Below are positions 32,291-41,594 of a stretch of 64,000 nucleotides of DNA, in pieces (the stretch's first letter is position 1; each line of letters starts with the position of its first letter). Source of the stretch: Gammaproteobacteria bacterium (GTDB lineage: Bacteria > Pseudomonadota > Gammaproteobacteria > JBCCGL01). The notes beneath the pieces were generated by a model. The model saw only the letters and a program-made list of their open reading frames with translations. It was not told the DNA's origin and searched no databases. The DNA lies in contig OZ255836.1 of NCBI GenBank assembly GCA_965277715.1, positions 4,096,001 through 4,160,000 on the forward strand, given 5' to 3'. The position numbers and the translations under genes were made by a program.

Positions 32291-32395
32291 CCCCCACAGA
32301 GTGACAACAAACTGCGGGATAAGGCCGCTACCTGTGTACTCCCTGGGGCCCGATGGGGCTGCCAATAAACTAAACAGTGATTTTGGAGAAAGACA

Positions 32396-33862
32396 ATGGC
32401 ATTAACGATTAATACAAATGTCGCCAGCCTGAATGCGCAGCGGAACCTGACGGGGACTCAGCGCGATTTGGGTACGGCGTTACAACGGTTGTCGTCTGGT
32501 TTGCGCGTTAACAGCGCAAAAGATGATGCAGCGGGCCTCGCTATTGCCGCCCGGTTTACCGCACAAATCCGGGGTTCAGATCAGGCAGCGAGAAATGCTA
32601 ATGACGGTATTTCTGTGTTACAGATTGCTGAAGGTGCCTTGAATGAAGTGTCTTCTAACTTACAGCGTATTCGCGAGCTGGCCGTGCAATCGGCCAATGC
32701 CAGTAACTCCAGCAGCGACCGTGCGAAGCTGAATAACGAGTCCGCACAGTTAATTGCTGAAATAGACCGCGTTGCAAGCAACACGAATTTTAACGGGTTA
32801 AATTTGCTGGATGGCACTTTTACCGGCCAGCGGTTACAGGTGGGCGCCGATTCGAACGCATCTAACCAGATTAGCATAACGCAAATTGCCAGTGCACGTT
32901 CTGGCGCGTTAGGGGTGGGTGGCCAATCGTCTTATTCTACGACCGTTACCGGCGGGGCGGTAACCGCTGCGACTGCCCTGGTTTCAGGTGGTATTACTAT
33001 CAACGGTTTTCAGGTCGGTGCCAGTATTGCCGATGGGGTGTCATTCAATAATTCCACCGGTAGTGGTATTGCCAAAGCGGCGGCGATTAACGCGATCTCT
33101 ACCAATACTAATGTTGTTGCCACTACATCGGCGACAACACTGACTGGAACGGTTAATACCGCAGCAACAACAGACAGCGATGGCGCTACCCTCAATGGTG
33201 TGGCACTGGGCACGGTTGTCGCTGTAGGTGCGGCCAACCTCGATCAGAAGGTGACTAACTTCACCGCCGCTGTTAACGCCATTAGCAGCCAGACGGGTGT
33301 AACGGCAACGATTACCAATGTCACGGCAGGTACGTATACGCTGACTGCAGCAGATGGCCGGAATATCGATTATGTTGCTGACACAACCACCAATGGTTCT
33401 GTCGGTGGCGCGGCCGATGCCTCAGCTACCAGTAATATTGTACTGACCTCGACAAGCTCTACCGGCATCACCATCGGTGGTACTGCGGCGCAAATTGCCG
33501 CCGCAGGCCTGACCGGTGGCGCCAATGCTGCCACAGTGACCGTTAGTGCAGGTGTCTCCGCGCTGGATTTATCGACGGTGACAGGTTCTACCTCGGCACT
33601 GGGGGTCATTGATGCGGCGATAGAGAACATCGCCAACAGCCGGGCATCGCTGGGTGCATTCCAGAACCGCTTGGAATCGACCATATCCAATCTGCAGATT
33701 CAATCTGAAAACCTCAGTGCGTCACGCGGTCGGATTCAGGACGCGGATTTTGCCGCTGAGACGGCGAGCCTGTCGCGTTCACAGATTCTGCAACAGGCGG
33801 GTACGGCCATTCTGGCACAGGCTAACGCCCTGCCACAAAGCGTCTTGTCACTGCTACAGTAA
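32396..33862 (+). CDS. fliC: Flagellin
   Basis: MALTINTN...RLSSGLRVNSAKDDAAGLAI and C-terminal RIQDADFA.E...QQAG...AQAN. Confidence 0.98.
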   Translation: MALTINTNVASLNAQRNLTGTQRDLGTALQRLSSGLRVNSAKDDAAGLAIAARFTAQIRGSDQAARNANDGISVLQIAEGALNEVSSNLQRIRELAVQSANASNSSSDRAKLNNESAQLIAEIDRVASNTNFNGLNLLDGTFTGQRLQVGADSNASNQISITQIASARSGALGVGGQSSYSTTVTGGAVTAATALVSGGITINGFQVGASIADGVSFNNSTGSGIAKAAAINAISTNTNVVATTSATTLTGTVNTAATTDSDGATLNGVALGTVVAVGAANLDQKVTNFTAAVNAISSQTGVTATITNVTAGTYTLTAADGRNIDYVADTTTNGSVGGAADASATSNIVLTSTSSTGITIGGTAAQIAAAGLTGGANAATVTVSAGVSALDLSTVTGSTSALGVIDAAIENIANSRASLGAFQNRLESTISNLQIQSENLSASRGRIQDADFAAETASLSRSQILQQAGTAILAQANALPQSVLSLLQ

Positions 33863-33939
33863 CAAACGTTTCCGCATGAGGCGGGGTGAGGTATCAGCCT
33901 GATACCTCACCGCCGCTGAAACGCAAGAGAGTCAAAGCC

Positions 33940-34356
33940 ATGAGAATTGAAACACAAAATGCAGTTGCCCGGGATTCAGCTACACAGGCACAAAGTGGCC
34001 CTGCTGTGCTTGCACCGGTAATCCGGCTCGATCCCACAGCGCGGCAATCACCTGCAGGTACTGAACAGGCCTTGCCGGGAAATGCCGCTTTGGATAGCTC
34101 TGGGGCAGAAACTGAGCAGCTAAACGCCGCCGTGCGCAACATTAACGATTACGTACAGCGCTTGCAGCGCACCCTGCAGTTTTCTGTTGATGATGATACG
34201 GGCACCACGGTTGTCAAAGTGCTCAATGCGGAGACTGATGAGCTTATTCGTCAGTTTCCCCCGGAAGAAGCGCTGGCATTGGCCCGCCATTTGCAGTCGT
34301 CTCAGGAAACGCAGGCGCTTGACAATAGTGGTCTGATCTTACGTGCCCGTGCCTGA
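33940..34356 (+). CDS. flaG: Flagellar protein FlaG
   Basis: LQFSVDDDTGTTVVKV...ELIRQFPPEE. Confidence 0.92.
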   Translation: MRIETQNAVARDSATQAQSGPAVLAPVIRLDPTARQSPAGTEQALPGNAALDSSGAETEQLNAAVRNINDYVQRLQRTLQFSVDDDTGTTVVKVLNAETDELIRQFPPEEALALARHLQSSQETQALDNSGLILRARA

Positions 34357-34394
34357 TGGGGTGTTTGAAATGGGGTTTTATAACGCACGCCAAT

Positions 34395-34422
34395 GGGGTA
34401 AACCGTCGTGTTTACCCCGTTT
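34395..34422 (+). terminator. Putative terminator hairpin after fliC-flaG
   Basis: GGGGTAAAC-cgtcgt-GTTTACCCC, a perfect 9-bp stem with only a short T tail. Confidence 0.5.
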
Positions 34423-34431
34423 AGAATGGTT

Positions 34432-34478
34432 CAGGTGTTAATGACCCAGGTGTTAATGGCCCAGGTGTACTAATGATC
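34432..34478 (+). repeat. Three tandem copies of a roughly 15-bp unit (CAGGTGTTAATGRCC) upstream of fliD
   Basis: caggtgttaatgacc / caggtgttaatggcc / caggtgtactaatgatc. Confidence 0.7.
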
Positions 34479-34494
34479 TGGGCGTACTTTTGCA
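34479..34494 (+). promoter_or_regulatory. Possible sigma-54 promoter for fliDST
   Basis: TGGGCGTACTTTTGCA has GG-N10-GC spacing, about 110 bp before fliD. Confidence 0.4.
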
Positions 34495-34604
34495 TCAGCG
34501 GGCTGAGACGCCAACAAACCTTTTGCAACACACCTGGCGGATTCGTATAGGTCTCACCGAACAATCAACGTGTGCGCGGTATTTGACGCACATTGGATTT
34601 AACC

Positions 34605-36011
34605 ATGATCACATCGGCTGGTATAGGCTCCGGGCTTGATATTGAAAATATAATAACGCAGCTGGTAACCGCTGAAGGTCAGCCTGCTGCGCAGAGATTG
34701 GATCGACGTGAAGCGGGATACCAGGCTGAATTGTCTGGCTTGGGGCAAGTGAATTCAGCGCTCTCGCAATTTCGAACAAGTGTCACCACACTGCAAAATT
34801 TTGGCACTTCACAGCCGCGTGTGGCAACGGTGAGTGACAGCACTGTATTCACTGCATCAGCGACTGGCAGCGCGGTTTCTGCAAGTTACCAGATCCAGGT
34901 TAATGCGATTGCCGAAGCGCACCGTGTGAGCACAGCAGGCGTCGCGACATCCAGTACCGCAACAGGCACTGGCACGCTGACAATCACCACCAACAGCAAA
35001 TCGTTTAATGTGGTGGTCAATACCACTAATAACACACTGGCCGGCATTCGCAGTGCCATTAATAGTGCTCAGGACAACACGGGTGTGAGTGCAACGATCG
35101 TCAATGTCGACAATGGTACGGGTGGTACGGAGAGTCGGCTGGTGTTAAGTGCGACTAACACGGGCACCCTGCACAACATCACCGTCTCAGCGGATGACGA
35201 CGACAACAATGATACCGATACCTCGGGCTTATCAATTATTTCCACGGCCAATTTGAGCGTGCTGAATGCGGCAGTCAATGCCAGTATTAGCATTGACGGG
35301 CAAACGGTTACCCGCGCTTCAAATACCATTAGTGATGCCATCGACGGGGTTTCATTGACGCTGCAAAAAGCCGATGTCGGCGTCAATAAAACCTTGACTG
35401 TCGGGCTTGATAAAGCGGCGGTCCGCACGGCTGTATCCACATTTGTCTCCACCTACAATTCGTTGCAGGGGACGTTAAACCAATTGACATTTTACAACGC
35501 CACCAATAACACCTCTGGGGCGTTGCTGGGGGATGCCACATTGCGTAATGTGAGGAACCAGATATCACAACAACTGAGCCAGACGGTGGCCGCTGTCAGC
35601 GGTACATTTAATAGCCTGCCCAGTATTGGCATTGTTTCTGATGCCAGCGGCAACTTTCAACTGAATAACACCGTGTTCAACGCCGCGCTGGACAGCAACT
35701 TTAATGACATCAATACATTGTTTGCCGACGGCACAAATGGGATTGCCGTCAAACTGAGAACACTGCTCGATTCCTATCTTGGCAGCAGTGGCATCTTGCG
35801 AACACGCACCGATGGGTTACAAACCAGCATTAGCTCGATCAGCGATTCACGCCAACAACTGAGTGATCGATTGATACGTATTGAAGCGCGCTTTCGCACG
35901 GAGTTTACCGCGCTGGATACGCTGGTGGCCAATTTCCAATCAACCGCAAATTTTCTTACGCAACAACTGGCGAACCTACCAGGGTTTACCCGTGCCCGTA
36001 ATAACAGTTAA
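34605..36011 (+). CDS. fliD: Flagellar filament cap protein
   Basis: ITSAGIGSGLDI N-terminus, GALLGDATLR, C-terminal FTALD. Confidence 0.95.
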   Translation: MITSAGIGSGLDIENIITQLVTAEGQPAAQRLDRREAGYQAELSGLGQVNSALSQFRTSVTTLQNFGTSQPRVATVSDSTVFTASATGSAVSASYQIQVNAIAEAHRVSTAGVATSSTATGTGTLTITTNSKSFNVVVNTTNNTLAGIRSAINSAQDNTGVSATIVNVDNGTGGTESRLVLSATNTGTLHNITVSADDDDNNDTDTSGLSIISTANLSVLNAAVNASISIDGQTVTRASNTISDAIDGVSLTLQKADVGVNKTLTVGLDKAAVRTAVSTFVSTYNSLQGTLNQLTFYNATNNTSGALLGDATLRNVRNQISQQLSQTVAAVSGTFNSLPSIGIVSDASGNFQLNNTVFNAALDSNFNDINTLFADGTNGIAVKLRTLLDSYLGSSGILRTRTDGLQTSISSISDSRQQLSDRLIRIEARFRTEFTALDTLVANFQSTANFLTQQLANLPGFTRARNNS

Positions 36012-36090
36012 GTGTCGGTTATGTCTTGCAGGTGATGACTGAAAACAACCGGTGTTACGCCAACCAAAATAAACGATTAAGAGGACTATT

Positions 36091-36519
36091 ATGAGTGTTA
36101 CAAACCCAGGTGCGCTGCACGAATATCAACAGGTGGGGGTTTTTTCTGGCGCGGCCTACGCCGATCCGCACTATTTGATTACCATGCTGATGGAAGGTGC
36201 GCTGGAACGCATTGCATTGACCAAAGGAGCGATAGCCAAAGGGGATGTGGTGGAAAAAAGTCGATTGATTGGTAATGCCATTACCATTGTGGAAGGGTTA
36301 AAGGGGTGCCTGGATTTATCCGTTGGCGGCGAATTGGCGCAAAACCTGGCAGACCTATACGATTACATGACGCGCCGCTTACTCAATGCCAACCTGAACA
36401 ACGATATACAGATGCTCGATGAAGTAGCCAGTTTGTTGCACGAAATAAAAGTCGCCTGGCAGCAGATTCCGCAAGTGCACGAAAAACCCAAAAACCTGGA
36501 ACGTATGGCGGTGAGATAG
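36091..36519 (+). CDS. fliS: Flagellin export chaperone
   Basis: ADPH.LI.MLMEGAL, GGELAQNL..LYDYM..RL. Confidence 0.96.
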   Translation: MSVTNPGALHEYQQVGVFSGAAYADPHYLITMLMEGALERIALTKGAIAKGDVVEKSRLIGNAITIVEGLKGCLDLSVGGELAQNLADLYDYMTRRLLNANLNNDIQMLDEVASLLHEIKVAWQQIPQVHEKPKNLERMAVR

Positions 36520-36530
36520 CGTGAAAACAT

Positions 36531-36896
36531 GTGTTCGATTTACATTTGTTCGATTCAACGGGGGCTTTTAGCTTGAACTACAACGCATTGATCCAGGATA
36601 TCGTTGACCTAAGCCAACAGATAGAGGATTTAGCGCAGAGCGACGACTGGCTGTCGATGCAAAACCTCGCCGACCGGCGTATGCGCGGTCTGCACACACT
36701 ATTCGCCGCATTAGCATTGGATCAGCCTGTACAACTGTCGGTGCTGGATTGTAAAAAACTAAACCATGTCCTCGATGCCAACCAACGCATTTTGGCCCAT
36801 ACCCGCCGTCGGCGCGATGCGGTAGTAATGGCGGTTGCTACACAGCGCGCCGCTACCGCTGCGCAGCGGGCATACACGGCCTGTCCTCAATACTAA
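36531..36896 (+). CDS. fliT: FliT-like flagellar chaperone
   Basis: Short helical ORF after fliS with AQSDDW..MQNL...R and C-terminal AY; called mainly on position. Confidence 0.6.
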   Translation: MFDLHLFDSTGAFSLNYNALIQDIVDLSQQIEDLAQSDDWLSMQNLADRRMRGLHTLFAALALDQPVQLSVLDCKKLNHVLDANQRILAHTRRRRDAVVMAVATQRAATAAQRAYTACPQY

Positions 36897-37170
36897 CAAG
36901 CCAAATCTGGTCCTTCCAACGGGTAACAGGGATAAATTTGGTGAGAAATATGCGCTAAATTTTTGTAATACTGTTTATTTTGTCTAATATTATAATGAGT
37001 TACAAAAAACCTTATATTAGCAATGCCTTGAATTCACTGTGCAGCCAGCCCAACGCAGTCTGCATTCGCTTCAGCCGCGTTCGGTAGGCTATCTCCGCCA
37101 TCCAAGTATGACCGGAAGACCTTCAGAATGTGAAATTCCAATCGGTAGACCGGTGATACGACACAAATAA

Positions 37171-38628
37171 ATGACCAAAAAAACACTAAAGAAAGTACTT
37201 GTAGTTGATATCGATACGGAGCGAACACGATCACTGGCCACCTTGCTGAATTTTCTGGACTACAATGCCCAGGTACTCAGTAGCCCCGCACTCTTGCGCG
37301 AATTGACAGACCTGGCGGATTACGGCGCCCTGTTTCTCTATGAATCAAAGCAGGCACTGGCAATTGCTGCAGAGCTTGCCGAGAAATTGAGCCAGTGCCC
37401 GCCGTTGGTGCTGGTCGGTGATCACTTTGCCAATGAGCCGAGTGAAGGGGCACTGCCACCGGGGTTTATCGCCGCCATGAAAACGGACATCAAATACCCC
37501 GAGTTGAGCAATTTACTGCACCGTACTGAACTCACCGCAAAACAACACAACAAAGACCTGCCACAATCGCTGGAGTTATTCCGCAGCCTGGTGGGCAACA
37601 GCCGCACTATCCGTCGTGTGCGCAAAATGATCGAACAGGTTGCCAGTACTGAAGCCACTGTCTTGATTTTGGGTGAATCCGGCACGGGTAAAGAAGTGGT
37701 TGCGCGCAACATCCACTACTACTCAACACGCAGAAACAAACCGTTTGTACCCATCAACTGTGGCGCTATTCCCGGTGATCTGCTGGAAAGCGAACTGTTT
37801 GGCCATGAAAAGGGAGCGTTTACCGGCGCCTTGAGTGCCCGTCAGGGGCGTTTTGAACTGGCTGAAGGTGGCACTATCTTTCTCGATGAAATCGGGGATA
37901 TGCCGTTGAACATGCAAGTCAAATTGTTACGGGTGATTCAGGAGCGCTCATTTGAGCGCGTTGGCAGCAACCGCAGCATCAAAACCAACGTGCGCATTAT
38001 CGCGGCAACCCACCGTGACCTGGATGTATTGATCGAGCAGGGACAATTCCGTGAAGATTTGTATTATCGACTCAATGTCTTCCCAATCGAAATGCCGGCA
38101 ATGCGTGATCGACTCGAAGATCTGCCCTTGCTGGTCAACGAATTAATCACCCGGCTCGAACACGAAAAAAGTGGCTCGGTACGCCTGACGCCCGCCGCAA
38201 TCGCCACCTTGTGCAACTACCGCTGGCCGGGCAATGTACGTGAGCTGGCCAACCTGATTGAACGGTTGGCGATTCTCTTCCCCTACGGTGTGGCGGATGT
38301 CAAAGACCTGCCCGCCAAAATAGTGCCAACGCAAACCAGTGGAGAACTTATCCCGCATGATGCAGTGGCGCTTGAGTATCCCGTCACTATGAGCTCAGGG
38401 GGCATGGCTAACCTGGAAATCCTCAGTAGTGAGCCACGCCTGCCGCGTGAGGGCATTGATCTAAAACAACACCTTACCGATATTGAAGTGAGCTTGATTA
38501 AGCAAGCCCTCGACGACACCGATTGGGTTGTCGCGCACTCGGCAAAGCGCCTGCGTATCCGGCGCACCACCCTGGTGGAAAAAATGCGCAAATACAATAT
38601 CGTGCGGACTGAAGAGCTGTTGTTATAA
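37171..38628 (+). CDS. fleQ: Sigma-54-dependent flagellar master regulator FleQ/FlrA
   Basis: [30 protein letters not shown]-terminal [14 protein letters not shown]. Confidence 0.95.
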   Translation: MTKKTLKKVLVVDIDTERTRSLATLLNFLDYNAQVLSSPALLRELTDLADYGALFLYESKQALAIAAELAEKLSQCPPLVLVGDHFANEPSEGALPPGFIAAMKTDIKYPELSNLLHRTELTAKQHNKDLPQSLELFRSLVGNSRTIRRVRKMIEQVASTEATVLILGESGTGKEVVARNIHYYSTRRNKPFVPINCGAIPGDLLESELFGHEKGAFTGALSARQGRFELAEGGTIFLDEIGDMPLNMQVKLLRVIQERSFERVGSNRSIKTNVRIIAATHRDLDVLIEQGQFREDLYYRLNVFPIEMPAMRDRLEDLPLLVNELITRLEHEKSGSVRLTPAAIATLCNYRWPGNVRELANLIERLAILFPYGVADVKDLPAKIVPTQTSGELIPHDAVALEYPVTMSSGGMANLEILSSEPRLPREGIDLKQHLTDIEVSLIKQALDDTDWVVAHSAKRLRIRRTTLVEKMRKYNIVRTEELLL

Positions 38629-38661
38629 CATCTGCGTATTGCCTACGCGATTATTCAGGTT

Positions 38662-39034
38662 CTGCGTTGCTCTACCTCCTGTGTCCCTACAGTCGTCGGC
38701 AACTGCTCCTGCGTTGCTCTACCTCCTGTGTCCCTACAGTCGTCGGCAACTGCTCCTGCGTTGCTCTATCTCCTGTGTCCCTACAGTCGTCGGCAACTGC
38801 TCCTGCGTTGCTCTATCTCCTGTGTCCCTACAGTCGTCGGCAACTGCTCCTGCGTTGCTCTATCTCCTGTGTCCCTACAGTCGTCGGCAACTGCTCCTGC
38901 GTTGCTCTATCTCCTGTGTCCCTACAGTCGTCGGCAACTGCTCCTGCGTTGCTCTATCTCCTGTGTCCCTACAGTCGTCGGCAACTGCTCCTGCGTTGCT
39001 CTAGCTCCTGTGTCCCTACAGTCGTCGGTAACTG
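38662..39034. repeat. Tandem array of 8 x 47-bp hairpin-containing units without spacers
   Basis: Unit CTGCGTTGCTCTA(C/T/G)CTCCTGTGTCCCTACAGTCGTCGGCAACTGCTC starts at 38662, 38709, 38756, 38803, 38850, 38897, 38944 and 38991; the last copy decays. Confidence 0.97.
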
Positions 39035-39257
39035 TTTCTGTGGAAAACAGGCTGGTGATGGTTACTGATGGTGTGAGATTGTGCTCTGATGTATTGCCTG
39101 CCGGAGACAACATTCAGTGTTTGATAGAGCTGAAAACATATCGCACACCTGCAAGATATGAGCGTGCTATGTATCGTCACGTATGCTACGTTTATTTGGT
39201 TACATCTACATTTGTAGAGTGTCTTCAGGTCTTTGTTGCACATTATTAGGAGGTTCG

Positions 39258-39389
39258 TTACCCGCTTTTGGGTGGCGGAGGAGGCGGAGGCGGAGGAGGC
39301 CGTTGCGCTGTTGAGGGTGGGTTAATACCTCTGGCGAAATTATTTTCCTGTCTTCGTGGCGGTGGCGGGTTTGACGCTTTTTTAGACAT
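39258..39389 (-). CDS. Unannotated 43-aa proline-rich peptide
   Basis: Manual translation MSKKASNPPPPRRQENNFARGINPPSTAQR-P10-KSG*; the ATG lies 10 nt after the stop of the upstream membrane protein gene. Confidence 0.65.
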   Translation of the reverse strand: MSKKASNPPPPRRQENNFARGINPPSTAQRPPPPPPPPPPKSG

Positions 39390-39399
39390 AGTCAATTCA

Positions 39400-39990
39400 T
39401 CACTTTTTCATAAATTCAACAAACACTACAGCCGAGCCGTTGATAAGAATGCTTTCAACGTCGGATAAGGGTATTTCCGTATTTTCGCTATCAAGCCAGC
39501 TCGCCTCCCTGAGTAGAAAATGGCCGCTATGCGGTTCAGTTGGCCATTCTGAAGGCCAGCCGTATATTCTTCTACCATCATCCAGGTGCAATACAACATA
39601 GGTTATATTGTCGGCAAAGGCGCTAAACCACTCGGACGCATAAGATGTTTCGCGGGTGATAGCGAGTTTTCTCATCAGCGCGTGAAACTTATCATTGTTT
39701 GCAAAATAAGCAAACACTAGACCCAATAGCAATGATGTTATTAAGGCGCTGAGTAATTCGGTATTGGTATTCCATTCTATCCATCCGGGGTGTAGGCCCG
39801 TTACATTGGCCAGTGCTTTAAACAGAAACCCTAAACCCTGGATAATAATAGTAAATATGAGTGCTTGAACAACCCGTTCAAAATGGGATTGCTTGGGGTA
39901 GGAGGTAAAGGCATAAAAAATCCACGCGGTGACGAAGCCGGGCAGCAGATATTGCAATAGTGATATAACACCGGTGTTGATTAAATCCAT
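39400..39990 (-). CDS. DUF6338-like membrane protein
   Basis: YLLPGF first helix, three TM segments, then EW..AF...YVVLHL.DGRRIYGW...W. Confidence 0.7.
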   Translation of the reverse strand: MDLINTGVISLLQYLLPGFVTAWIFYAFTSYPKQSHFERVVQALIFTIIIQGLGFLFKALANVTGLHPGWIEWNTNTELLSALITSLLLGLVFAYFANNDKFHALMRKLAITRETSYASEWFSAFADNITYVVLHLDDGRRIYGWPSEWPTEPHSGHFLLREASWLDSENTEIPLSDVESILINGSAVVFVEFMKK

Positions 39991-40123
39991 AATGATACGC
40001 CATTAAGTGCCCTTCACTTATTAAAGCAGTTTTCTTATCCGCAGAAAATACTAAACTCAGTACATAAAATCCAAAATATATACTTCTATAAAAAAATCAT
40101 AACGCTACACGAGTAATACACCA

Positions 40124-41593
40124 ATGGAACAGCACAATATTTTGATACTCGGCGCCAGCCCCTGGAATCTTCACCGGGTTAGCCATGATGTAGAAATTCG
40201 TAATATACAAAAAGCCATAAAAAAAAGTAGTGGCGCAGATGCATTCTCTATCGAAACCAACTCCGCCGCGCAGTATCAGGATTTAGGCGAGGCGGTTTTG
40301 GCGCAGCAACCGCATATCCTGCATTTCTGTGGGCATGGCGGGGGTGATGTGGGGTTGGTTTTTGTGGATGAAGATAACAACGCCCAGCTCGCGGATAACA
40401 CGGCTATGGAAAAACTCATCCGTATGCTGGGCAATCATGTGCGCTGTGTGTTTCTCAATGCCTGTTACAGTGAGGTGCAGGCAAAGTTACTAATTCCTCA
40501 TGTCGACTATGTTATTGGCGTGCAGGGCACAGTGGGTGATGCCGACGCTCAGGCGTTTAGCACGGCATTTTATGAAAAACTGGGGGCTGGTTACCCGCTT
40601 ACCTATGCTTTTGAGTTGGCCTACAACGACCACTACCACGCCGAGCACTGTCGGCCAGTGTTGCTCAGCCGCAGTGAGCACCGCCTCTACCACAGTGATC
40701 TCGATACCCTCAATGAAATAAGCCAACGGTTGCAAACCGTCACCCCTGGTATTGCCCTCCTGGGCCAGGCGGGCCGTATCAGTGCTGCTTTGCCTCCAGC
40801 ACTGCGAGCACGGATGCAGGGAACCTTTGGCCCTGAACGGGTATTAACACTTAGCCCCGTCAGTGACGACAAACAACAAGGTGCATTTTTTGCCCATCTC
40901 GCCGAGCAGGCGCAGTCTGATCAGGTCGACTTTAGCGGGTTAGCAACCGTCTTACAGCACCGGGTGGAAGACGGTAGCCTGCGCTGCCTGTTGCTAGGCC
41001 ATTTGCAGCGCGGTAGCGCTGAAGAGTCCCGGCAACTGGCCGAGTTGTTGCGCAATTTATGTGAAGGGGGGCGGTTAAAGGTGGTGATTTACGGTGAGCG
41101 AAGACTGCGCGATTTAATGGTGCTTAACGGTGCGCTATCACCGCTGAATATGTTGGATTCACTCTACCTTGCCGAGTTGGGTGTAGAGGATGTTCTCAAG
41201 CTTGAGCCAGAGTTGAAGAGAGAAGAAGCCGAGGATTTGTTGGCGCTGTCTGGCGGGCACCCACGGCTGTTGCGTGAAGCGCTGTTTTGCTATCGCCAAC
41301 AACCCAATCTGAATAAGGTAGCCGAGCAGTTGCAAACTGCGGTCGATGATATTGTCGATCAATGTCTTTGTGATTTTCGGGGGCAGGAGGATAGTATGGT
41401 GTTGTTAGCGGATTGCTTGCGTGAAGAACGGGCGGGTTACCGAGCAGACTTGATAGGTGATGAAGTGTTGGCGGCTTTATATTGGCATAACTTGCTGCGG
41501 CAGCAGGGGCATCAGTTGTACTGGCGTTGTAGTTTATTGCGTGAGACGGTGGAAGCAGTAGCGGCCAGCCTGGCCCGGCGGGCGGGGGTGTGA
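40124..41593 (+). CDS. CHAT (caspase-like) protease domain fused to a degenerate AAA/STAND-like domain
   Basis: HFCGHG (40322) and FLNAC (40451) give the catalytic dyad, followed by AFY. The C-terminal half has LSGGHPRLL (GxP motif) but no recognisable Walker A or B. Confidence 0.85.
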   Translation: MEQHNILILGASPWNLHRVSHDVEIRNIQKAIKKSSGADAFSIETNSAAQYQDLGEAVLAQQPHILHFCGHGGGDVGLVFVDEDNNAQLADNTAMEKLIRMLGNHVRCVFLNACYSEVQAKLLIPHVDYVIGVQGTVGDADAQAFSTAFYEKLGAGYPLTYAFELAYNDHYHAEHCRPVLLSRSEHRLYHSDLDTLNEISQRLQTVTPGIALLGQAGRISAALPPALRARMQGTFGPERVLTLSPVSDDKQQGAFFAHLAEQAQSDQVDFSGLATVLQHRVEDGSLRCLLLGHLQRGSAEESRQLAELLRNLCEGGRLKVVIYGERRLRDLMVLNGALSPLNMLDSLYLAELGVEDVLKLEPELKREEAEDLLALSGGHPRLLREALFCYRQQPNLNKVAEQLQTAVDDIVDQCLCDFRGQEDSMVLLADCLREERAGYRADLIGDEVLAALYWHNLLRQQGHQLYWRCSLLRETVEAVAASLARRAGV

Positions 41594-41594
41594 T

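Noticed and set aside
38662-39034. CRISPR array
   Set aside because: The units are contiguous with no unique spacers, and there are no cas genes in the window.
38528-39249. Three Cys-rich repetitive ORFs over the 47-bp array
   Set aside because: The same peptide appears in all three + frames because 47 is not a multiple of 3 and the unit has no + strand stop; there is no RBS or family signal.
39268-39468. Poly-Gly ORF on the + strand
   Set aside because: Antisense shadow of the polyproline peptide and the DUF6338-like gene, which have better operon context.
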